Assembly (NCBI RefSeq): GCF_009834535.1
Contig: NC_045698.1
Location: 13,828,001 to 13,892,000, forward strand
Source of the DNA: Camelus ferus
Lineage: Eukaryota
Length of the DNA stretch: 64,000 nucleotides
Reading direction: 5' to 3'
The notes under the pieces were generated by a model. It did no database searches and had not been told where the DNA came from. It was given only the letters and a program-made list of their open reading frames with translations. Shown here piece after piece: positions 22,364-33,200 of the stretch. Positions within the stretch are counted from its first letter, which is position 1. Every line of letters begins with the position of its first letter. The position numbers were made by a program, and so were the translations under genes.

Positions 22364-25054
22364 TGTTCCACTACAGAATACAATAGCTTCCATTCACATA
22401 GCTTACATTTCAAAGACATTTTCTAATGTAGCACTTTAGTTGGGGGTTAAAAATAAACTTTGCTGAATGCAGTCAATATGCACTTAATACCTCACTGTTT
22501 ATTTTAGTGTAAATCCAGCCTACAGCTTTCTAAGTCAGTGACCCAAGCAGTATCCTCAAGTAATATACTTCATTCTATCCAGAGGTTTTTATTTATCATC
22601 CGAAATATATATATGCTCATCTTTATGACTAAGTGAGGAGGCTGTTCTGGGTTAAAGCATCTATTTCTACAGACTGCCTAATTTATTATAGCAAAATTTC
22701 CTGCTTTTGTCAATAATTCATTATTTTCCTTTATGTTTAAATGGTTGGTGGTTGATGTCAAGGTAATTTATGTCCATATATAATGGAGAATGTGATCAAT
22801 ACTACTGTCAAAGTACGGAGGTAATTTGCATCCTTCACCAATATTAGTGTTATATTTCCCTAATGAAACATAGTGGATAATGCAGGGTTTATTATTATAA
22901 TAACTTATATTTGCATATTCCCCCCAATTTAAGAAAATATTCCTGATATGTATGCTTTGATTCAAAATTCAAGATACTAGTTGAGTTTGAATTTAGAGTC
23001 TAACATCTCTCTCTTGTCTAGACAGAGAGAGTTACTTGCCAGTGACAAAGGATTCCTAGATTTGTTACATACCTATTTAATAGAAAGATCAACATATAAT
23101 TAGTCATACAATCGGACACTTTTTAAGGGTGGAAGGAGAGTTCCTTTATAATTACATCAGGACATCGGGATGAATGTGGACATATGGTCTGTCTAGTAAG
23201 AGGCAGATTCAAATCAACTCAGAGAAACGTGGAAGCAGGGATGAGAAGGTGTGCGCCTAACGAATTGCTCTGCACTCATGTTTGTTCGGTAGAGGTTTCT
23301 GAAACAGATGGCACACAGCAGATACTCCGTAAACAATTCTTGTGTGTGGATGAACAAAAGAATAACCTCCGTGAGAGTGACTGAGTGCCACTGAGTTAAA
23401 TGAACCTTCAGGAATAGTAACAGCCTCACTAGGAAAATAATTTTAAATATATTTTTTAATCAGTGTATGGCTAGTAATAATCCCAAACACCTAATTTTTC
23501 CTGAAAACAGTTTTTTTGAAGTTTGGAAGCCAAACTAAATGTTTTCCCAAACATCCCAAAGCCAAATTTATTGAAAAGAGAATGAGTGAAGATAATGATT
23601 ATATACATAACTTTGAGAGTTAAATCCTTATTTAAAAACTGGCAGGCAAATAAATATATTCAAATGAGTCCCGCACAGTCTATCAAACCCTGCAAGTATA
23701 ACAGGGTAGCACTTCCTTCAGTGGTTCATCTGAGAAAATATAACATGATAGAGCCATGGTGTGAAAGAAAAACAAAAGACAGATAGAGCTTGTCCTTTGT
23801 TCAAAATTATATTATAAATAATTTCTGGTATTTTTGAAGTTTGGTAATGTAATCTGGAATGAAACGAATGAACAATAGTATCTTTGAGATGTCTTTCAGT
23901 CTAGGAATATTTTAGTCTCGGTTAGTATATTTCTTTGTCTTCCCTTTGAGTTTGGCCAGGATTTTAAACCCATGCATTTCTTTGTATACTAGAAAATTAA
24001 AAAGAATTTTTTATGTCATTCATAAAGGAATTCAAACTTGTGGAAACATTTTTCTATTTGTTTTCTCATATATTGTGTTTCCTTATTTATGCTATCATTC
24101 TAGTGCTTGGAGTCCTAAGGGGCTTTGAGTTTTTATAAGTTAAACTGACATACAGCTTGCATTTGAAAACATTCTGTACTGACTCTGAATACACTGCCCC
24201 CAAATATTTTTCATAGCAGATTTTTTTTTACCCTGAAACATCACTTGATTCTTTTTTATACCATCGTATGTTAGTACTAAATTGGGTAGAATAAGGTGGC
24301 CCCAGTCAGGGAGATTATTTTTATTAGCTCCTGTAGTCATCATTGGTAATGATACTTCTCATTGAAGCTTATTTGTCTCAAACCAAGGGGAGGCCACAAG
24401 TTCATTTAAAATAGCTCTGATGGCAAACAGGTTGCTAATTAGCTTCTCACCAACCCCACTTTCTGTCCTTGTCCCTCAGTCTCCTCTCTCCTATCCACCT
24501 TGATCCACATTCACGAGGAAATTTACATCCAAGAGTAGAAGCAAGCGCTGTGGTGGACGCAACCGTATCAGTGGCTTGCGTGTGATGTACGGACCACGAG
24601 GGTCTGATTCAGATCCTGATTCAATGATCTTTTTGCACCAAACGTGATTTAGATTTGCTCTGCCAACCGTTCTGGTCCCTCTGACAATGAATGGGTGGGT
24701 TGGTTGGGAAAGAAGTGTTGGATCCCTGGGAGGGAAAGAGGATTCCAACACCCCTTCCTCTAGCGCCAAGCTCTGCATCATGAAGGCTCCCTCTAAATTC
24801 TCTCCTATCTCCTATCCATTTCATGCAATGGATCTAAAAAGGTAGTCCTGGCAAAACAAAACTCAGCTCACAACGTGCACACTTAGCACTTAAAGTTAGA
24901 CCCTTTGGTTTTCAAGCACCATTTTCCAGTAATTGATATATACATACATGGCATCTGACCAAATTGTAAAATATCGAACCACATTTAATCTATCATAAAA
25001 CATACATAAGCACCATGAAATCTTTACAGATGACTCTAAGGTCATTCTAGTTGA

Positions 25055-25150
25055 AACTTTATTTTCACAGATTTAGAAATAGAAGCAAGAGACTGGACGG
25101 GTCCCTGAGATCACACAGTTAATTAGTGGCAAAACTAGGGCTGAGTTTCT
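25055..25150 (-). mobile_element. MIR SINE fragment
   Basis: attttcacagat...tccctgagatcacacagttaattagtggcaaaactaggg. Confidence 0.6.
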
Positions 25151-26094
25151 ACAGTCACATTCATTTTCACAAACAAAAGGCTTCTAATTAAAACATTGTT
25201 CACTATTAAAATATTAATGTCATGATTTATTTAGCTGTTAAGGTGAAATGCTATTTGAGAGTTACAAGTTCTTAAATAAAGTGTTGCTACCTCCAGTGTT
25301 AGTGATATTTTTCTTGAAAACTATGAGCTCACATATTAACCAATATTATTTCAAAATTACAAATGACATCCAGAGTCTGTGGGTTAGATACTTTCTGAAT
25401 GAGAATACAAACACTTACAATGAAATGAAATATATAAATTACATTATAAATAACGATCGTTTAAACCCAAGCTTAGGAAATTCTCAACTTTTGGATAAAA
25501 CTGTAAAGACACATTTGAGTTTCAATAAAAACTGAAGAACCAAACATGTTGAATGGCGTCTTTGCTTCATTAGCCCTGAGGGATAGCATAAAATTTAGAA
25601 ATGTTCTCTTATTTACCCCAAAGGGGAAAACAACATTTTCATAACATCTATTAAAGGGAAATATTGTTTTATGAAATAATAAAATGTCATGTTGCATAAT
25701 ACACCTAAATGTACATTATACTGACATTTTTCAATTTTTAAAGGTTTTTATCTCAGTAGACAAAAATAATTTTTTGACAATAAATAAAAATAAAAGCCAA
25801 AGGTAACATGCCTCCACTGATAAAAATATCTTTCAGAAAACGGTTTCTGGAAGAACTTAGATTTATGTCAGAGGTTTTTTGTTTTGTTTTGTTTTGTTTT
25901 TTCCTAATTGACCTATAGTTGACTGACAAAAAGTCACAGTGTTGTATTCTTTGCAGCTCAAATGATTCCTAAATAGGAATCCTAGAGGGTTCAATGTTTG
26001 TAGTTGCTCTGGGGTTAATCTTCTGTAGTTAATCTTCTGGGGTTTTGTTTTGCTTTTGGTTTGTGATTTGAGGTTTTTCTTTGTTTGTTTGTTT

Positions 26095-26477
26095 TTCATT
26101 AATAGTCTTTATTTTTTTAGAGCAGTTTCAGGTTCACAGAAGAAAATACAGAGAGTTCGCACATAGCCCTCCCTACCCACACATATACACTCCCCTACCC
26201 TCAGCATCCCTCATCAGTGTGGCGTATTTGGTACAGTCGATGAATCATCATGGGCACATTATTATCATCCAAAGTCCACAGTTTACTTTAGGGTTCATTC
26301 TTGATGTTGTACATTCTGTGGGTTTTGACAAATGCATAATGACATGTAGCCACCACTATAGTATCATACAGAATAATTTCATTACCCTAAAAACCCCTTG
26401 TGCTCCGTCTATTCATTCCTCCCTCCCTCCCTCTCCCCAAACCCCTGGAAACCACAATCTTTTTATTTTTTCTGTAG
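26095..26477 (-). mobile_element. L1 3'UTR fragment (L1MC1-like)
   Basis: ttaatagtctttatttttttagagcagtttcaggttcacag...catccaaagtccacagtttac...gttgtacattctgtgggttttgacaaatg matches the recalled L1MC1 3' end. This explains the 146-aa ORF at 26081. Confidence 0.8.
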
Positions 26478-26744
26478 CCGTGATTGCAATATTTGGTTTT
26501 AATTTTCAAAGAAAAAAGTAATTTGTTAACGTCTAAAGAGAACAGCAATCTCTCTGTATATAATTTATATTTTTCATTACATTGTAAGGTTTTATATTGT
26601 CATTCAGAAAGTATCTAGCCCACAGACTCAGAATGTCACTTGTAATTCTGAAATAATATTGGATATATAAATAATCAATATATAAATAAACAGAATCAAT
26701 AAAGCCTAATTTTCCTGGCTGCCTTCTCTTCCATGATCTACTAC

Positions 26745-27850
26745 AAAAGGCAATACTGTCGTCCAGTAGTTCTTGTTACGGTGCCTCAAACCTCTGAGCT
26801 CCACATTGCTGAGTGCAACTGATACTTTTTGCTACTCAATTTACTTAACTTTGGAGCAGCTTTTAATATAGTTGACTACTCTGTCCTCTTTGATACAGTT
26901 ATTTCCTTTGACTTTTAGGACAGTACACTTTACTAATTTTCCTCCTTCTGTGATTTCTCCTTCACTGCCTGCTCTCTCATCCTTCTTGACTAAGTGATCA
27001 CACTGGAGCTCCTCACAGCTCAGTTCTAATCTATCTTTTTATTCTCTTGCTGTGGTGACTTCAGTAAAATGCACTTCTTGTGTCACCCAGCCCAAGGAAG
27101 GTCAGGGCCTGCACTCCGCAAGAGATGAGCAGTCCACTTTGATACTCAGTCTTATATCCAGTTTATCCAAGATCACTTTTTTCTTTTTTTAATTTTTGGC
27201 TATTTTATTTTTAGCCTTTGGAAACCTGTTTCAAGAAAAGATACCATGTCATAAACATTAAATATTTGTTCAATGACATGAAATAATTAACACTGCAGTT
27301 TTCAAATGGAATCTCAGGTAATTCCAGTAAACATTCAGTGAAGATTTTGGTAAGTATTTGCATCCTGTGATTTGCATCATATTATACAAGATCACTTTTG
27401 ATTTCACCTAAAATATCTTGACATTATCTCCCTTTCTTCAACTGCACTCTAAGGATGCTGGTCCAAATTATGTTATGTCTGAGTGAGCAAATTCATATCC
27501 CTAATCGGTTTGCCTAGATGCTCTCTTGCCATCATGAGATCTGTTCTCTACTTCGTTCACAGTCATCTTTTTTTAACATGAAAATTGGATGGTAGGACAC
27601 TCTTGCTTTAAACTTCTCCTTACATTCCTAGAACAAAGCCCACCATTCTGACATGCCCAAGGAAGCCCTGATCTGCCACACCCCTGCCTAAATACCCTTT
27701 CTACTTCTCAGTCTCATTCCGCCTTGATCTCCACTCCACTATACAACTGATTTGTTCTCCTAAGCCAGGAATGAAACAAAGGATGTTTCTTGCAAGAATA
27801 TCTCTGTCTCACAAAAGTACATAGTATATTTGTTTGTTTGTTTTTATGTT
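26745..27850 (+). mobile_element. Fragmented L2 LINE
   Basis: Pyrimidine-rich degenerate segments such as cagcttttaatatagttgactactctgtcctctttga and tatctccctttcttc, typical of L2. Confidence 0.5.
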
Positions 27851-28663
27851 TGTACAGTAGCAAGAAAAGAGCAAAAGATAAGGCTGCTAAGAGAACAGTA
27901 AAGAGGACACACTTGAAAAATACATATGCACCCATTTTAAATTATAAAGCAAAAGATTCTTTATATGTCTCTTTCTTATAAAAATCTGGATTTGCTGTCT
28001 TGTTTTACAAAGCAATTCTAAAGAGCTTAGGGTAATATTAGCTTTAAATGCAGTTGTGATGAGATTTCAACTATTCAAAAGATAACATACAATTAAAGAA
28101 AATATCTTAGTTCTATTAAAATGAAAGTAATGCAAAAATAAACTAAAAATTGTATAATTCTTAATTTAATAAAATTTTGTATCTCTGAGACCAAGGTTAT
28201 TTAGGTTTATTCCTTTAAAATTCAGTGAAGATTGATGATCAACTAATATTTTAGATTCACAGAAGTTTCTACAAGAAATTCATTCTTCTTATTTGTTGTT
28301 CAGCTTCGTTGTATAATAATGCCACTTAGGTTCTTTGAAATAAATTGCAAAAGCCCATTCATTATGAGATTTAGAATATTTAATATCAATTCTTTCTAAA
28401 ATAAATCCTTTTCAAAAGATTTCTCTTATTCCATGCCTTCTTCTGGTATTTCAAGTCTTTCATCACATTTGAACCAAACTATTTCTAGATTATCTAAGGT
28501 AGTGAGAAAGTTAATGAAAAGAAAATCAGTGTAGGCATTGTCATCACATAATGCATTCTCATTCTAAAGTTTTGTCAAAATAACTCTCCGTCTCTGTCGT
28601 CTTTCTCTCTTTTCTAACGCACCACCGTAGGGTACAGTCACAATAGGATTCAGAATGACTTAC

Positions 28664-28915
28664 CCAGGAGAATGACAACACACAGAAGGATAGCGATTAA
28701 GGCTCCTGTACTCAAGCCAGCCGAGGACAGGAAGGCTTCTGCATGGCAGGTCCGCACGCGCCCATCTCTCTCGCATGCACAAACCCTGATGGTGAGGGTG
28801 CTGCTGCTGCTGAGAGAGGGGATTCCACCATCAGAGATCATAATGGGGAGATAATACACATCCTGAATAGTTCGACTAAATCTCCTCCGCCTTGTCAGAA
28901 TGCTGGCTGTGTTAT
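28664..28915 (-). CDS. CDH18: Cadherin-18 penultimate coding exon (end of EC5 and start of transmembrane helix)
   Basis: Acceptor tgtctgtcatag|AT AAC ACA and donor CTC CTG G|gtaagt. 252 nt, phase 1 to phase 1. Encodes (D)NTASILTRRRRFSRTIQDVYYLPIMISDGGIPSLSSSSTLTIRVCACERDGRVRTCHAEAFLSSAGLSTGALIAILLCVVILL. Confidence 0.97.
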
Positions 28916-29779
28916 CTATGACAGACATAAGCAGAACAAAATGTACTTAGTAAAGCCGCCATTCAAGATTCACATTTCCTTTAATGGATACAATGGGCAT
29001 GTGAGATTTGTTTTCTCCATTTATGAAATGGACACGGGAATGTGAAAGGGAGATTATTAATGAGTAATGAACACCGGTTCTCAAATTGAGAAACCTATGT
29101 GGAAAATTAACAGAGTCTGGACCAAAGGGAAGGGGCAAGAGTGGATGACAGAGGAGGAAGGAAGCAGTAAGCATTTGGGGCGTGGACATAATAGTCAAAG
29201 GATATCAAAGGACATGTGGATGCCAAACTTTGGGGTGAGACATCTACCCAAACCTGGTGACTCTGAATATAAACAATAGAAACAGACATCTATATTTTCA
29301 GCAAACTATTCTGGAGACATTAGCGTACAAAAGTGCTTAAGAGCCACTGATATAGATAATATATTTATGGAGACACCAGAGAAATTGATAAAGTGATTTA
29401 GACTCATTTGAAACACTCCTGTTATAGAGGGCACACCGTGGGAAACTTAATGAGGAATATAATAGTTAATTCCATTTTTATGTGCTTTTTAACAGCTATG
29501 TACTATAGTAAATGACTGCATGACATATTTTGATCAATGCGCACAACCCTCTGAGGGAGAGGATGTTAAATTCCTTCCATTTTAGGGGAAATCATTTTTA
29601 CTAGAAATCATAATTTAAAAATAAATGACCCGCGTCCCAGAGGGTAAAATGCCCCAAGTCACAGGGCTACTGAGTAATCAAGCTGCAACCCCAGTACATC
29701 TAGAACCCTGCTCAAAAGCACAGTGTCATCATACTGCCTCTTCTCCAGTTCACTTCACTGGTCTTGGTGGCCTCAGGAG

Positions 29780-30202
29780 CACACAGTGCATGTTTATCTG
29801 AGCATCGGTATTCCTCATTCCCCATCTGCCGGCTAAAAGACCCCTTTGGCGCACACTTGGATGTGCTGCTCAGCACCTCTTCATGGAGTGACCTGTTGCC
29901 CTCACTGTAGATTGCGACCTGGCCCAAGGTCATACCCTTCTGGAGCAGCACATAACCAATGACTCATTGCTGCAAGGATATAAAGGTTGAGGTATTTCTG
30001 CTGAATGCAGGCACTACTGAAGGGCAAGTTTACTTCCAGAGCTTTCCTACTAGGTCAGCCGGGATCACAGCTCAGTTTCTCATTCTTTCTCTTTCTTCCA
30101 TTGTGGTCCACAGATGTCTATCCCAAGGGCACCCTCCAGTAAACACCTTGCCTTCTAAACTCCAGTTTGGAGCCTGCTTCCCAGAGACTCCAACCTGCTA
30201 CC
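29780..30202 (+). mobile_element. LTR16-like ERVL solo LTR
   Basis: cctggcccaaggtcataccc...ccaatgac...gatataaagg...cccaagggcaccctccagtaaacac...gcctgcttcccagagactccaacctgc resembles the LTR16 family, including its CCAAT/TATA region and 3' end. Confidence 0.7.
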
Positions 30203-33200
30203 ACAGCTGTGATTTAATTACTTTTCACTAAAAAGTTAGTAAATCATTAGACAATTACTTTTTGGGATTCTTTTTCTCATATCAATAGCTTTTATTCTGA
30301 AAACTGGAGTTCTGTTTCTTAAGAGCATGTTGATGACAGTCATGATACAATACCCCACAGCTACATTTTCTTGGTTGTACAGCGCCAAATTAGAACAGAA
30401 AGACAACCACGTTCTCAAATATTCAACATAATACAGATATCAAACACAAGAATGATGTATGTTATATATGTAAATAAAACCTGTATATACACATATATAC
30501 ATACACACACACACACATATATGAGTTGCTGAAGGTTTGTTACAGAGCATAAGCAAATTACCTAATAATTTACTAAAAATATTTCCTTACCTGGTAGAAG
30601 ATAACTTTTTAAAAAGTATATCAATTGCCTACTCTGAAAGGTTTCAGAGTAATAAGAGGAAAAGAGGAGACTCCCCTGTGGTTTTAGGAGGACAATGGTC
30701 ACAGGTAGTCTCCCAGAACACTTGACCTTTAAGCAAACACATCTATCAGTTGTAGGATGTTGCACCATGATGAAGATAAGCTTGCCTATATGCACAATCC
30801 CTTCACCTAAGGAAAAGGGTTGAACAAGTATTCACAGGCACAAGTGTCTGAGGATCTCACTGCTGCTCCTCCGAGGAAGAGACGTAAGACACTGGTCCCT
30901 GTCTCAGGAAACATCGTAACGTGCGGAATGACATGATAACATGCAGTGTAGAAGGGCCCCCTCTATGGCTCTAGCCTAGTGTCCACTTCACATTCCTTTT
31001 TTACATCAGGAAGCATGCTCTTTTCAAAGATAATGACTGGAAATGCAATCAGAAGTATGATCAGAAATGAGAAGAGGGCCAGACTATGTTTCTAGCACAC
31101 TTTAAGTTCTCAGACAGAAAGCTCTTAGACATGGGGACGTGCAAATGCTCTTTTGTTTTTCCAGCTGAAGGTTTAACTTTTGAAAAGAAAAGAGCATTCA
31201 GGAAGCGAAGAGCTTCCTACTTAGAAAGGCTTAGCACAGGAGAATGAAGAGCTCTTGACAGGGGATACTGTGCACCGCACTGCAACTGCAGAAGATGCAC
31301 TTGGCAGCAGACTCACTGAAACTGAACAAGAAACCTTTGAACAAAAATGAAACGGGTAAGAAAAAATATATATACATACATATAAATATACATATATATG
31401 AGAATAAACTCCATCTTGCTGAAACTGCAATATTAGGTGACAAGAGCAACAACAAATCCCTGAACTTGAAATATGATGTTTAAAAAATAAACCAAGTATT
31501 ATAGAAAGTCTTGCATAACTTTAAAGTGAATAAAAAACTAATATGAGCTGAATACAGGGAACCATAGCAGGATGTAAAGTCTGTGGATGAGAACTGCTCA
31601 GTATCAATGTCAAATAAAGGACAATCTCTGATAATGTGGTTCTTAATTCTAACTCTTAAGTGTTCGAATGAAGACAGGTTACAGAACACTTGGAAGCCAA
31701 GCTAATGTACTGGATTAGGACTCAAGGAGATTCTGAACAGACAGCACAAAGATCTTAAACTAACAAGAAGACACGAAATAAAGATGTAGGATAGAATAAA
31801 CTTTGAAAAGTATCATACGGGAGTTCTCTTCAGGACCATCTATTATTTTCAAATAATAAGACTTCACTAGAATACCGGGCATAAGTTTGGGTACCTTAAA
31901 AGTGATACTTCAACCCAGTTTAGAAAAACTTGACTGTGATGATAGAAGAGTTAGAAAAGTATGTCATATGAAGGGTCTTTGAAACAAAGAGTGAGAGAAT
32001 TCTACATGCTTTATATGAATTTAGGTACCCAAAGTGTCTTAGAAATTGTACAGAAAATTTTGGAACCTCACTTAGTAATTAACGTCTTTCTGAGTATAAT
32101 CAGTATAACTCCTAACATTCCCAGCAACTGTATCTTCAATGTGATGTGGAAATAGCCTTGAATGGGTTTTAATCTTTCAAAACAGAGGACAGTGCATTAT
32201 TTATTTGGTTATATATCCCATTTCTTGTTCAGAAAAGGATCTGGGCACATATAGGAGGAAGCAGAGAGGCTGTCATGCAGATATGTAAGTGCTGATTCAT
32301 GGAGATATTTAAAAATATCATCATGATGACTGTGAAAGAATTAAAATTTGGAGTGCTTTGAAAAACCATAATAATAACAAAAACTTATGTCTGTAGCTGT
32401 AAGAAGTCCAGGGGTTTCATCACTGGCAATTTGGGGGGGAATTATGCACAAAAAATATTTATATTAAAATTTAAGTTTGGATGGATAGGTACACTTCTAA
32501 TTTCTATATTTCTACAGGGACAGAAGCCTACAGAATACAACAGTATAATGCAAGAAACAAAGTGCTTCTAAAACTCAGATATAATTTTCTTGAACTAGTA
32601 GTATGTGCTCTATTATTTCTTTGTTCAATATTTTAAAAGATCTTAAGAGGTTCTAATCTCTGTGCTACTTTCATAAACTGTGGTGCAGTTCATGTTAAAA
32701 TAAGACATGCTTTTAAGATATACTCCCTGGGCCAAAAACAAATCCTATATTAAAGTTCAAAATTACATCTTGGAAAGTATTAAAATCATATGTTCTTCAA
32801 AATTCTTAGATTATTGGATGCCATACACCGCCTGCTATTTCAACGGATTCCTTATTTGATAATGTAGGCACAAAGATAAACTTTATCTCAAGCCTAGCCC
32901 AGCAGACTATTAAAGTCTTATTTCCAAATCCTTCACAACAGCAGAAACGTTTGAGGTCTTCAGATGTGGATCTCTAATTGGACTAAACTTAAAAAAAAAA
33001 AGTTTGTCTGGAGAAAAAAGCTAGAAAATAGAAATTAACTTCCACCAGACAGATAAATATGCCTGGCTTCACATTGTTTTCATTTTTTCTGGTCTTCCAG
33101 CAGCAATAAGTTCCATTCATAATTTAACTATTATCAGAGCTCCTGCAGGAAACAATGTTCTTTTGTTTTCCTGCAAAGATCCTTTCACATAATAGGTACT

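Noticed and set aside
26081..26521. 146-aa plus-strand ORF
   Set aside because: Lies in an antisense L1 3'UTR relic.
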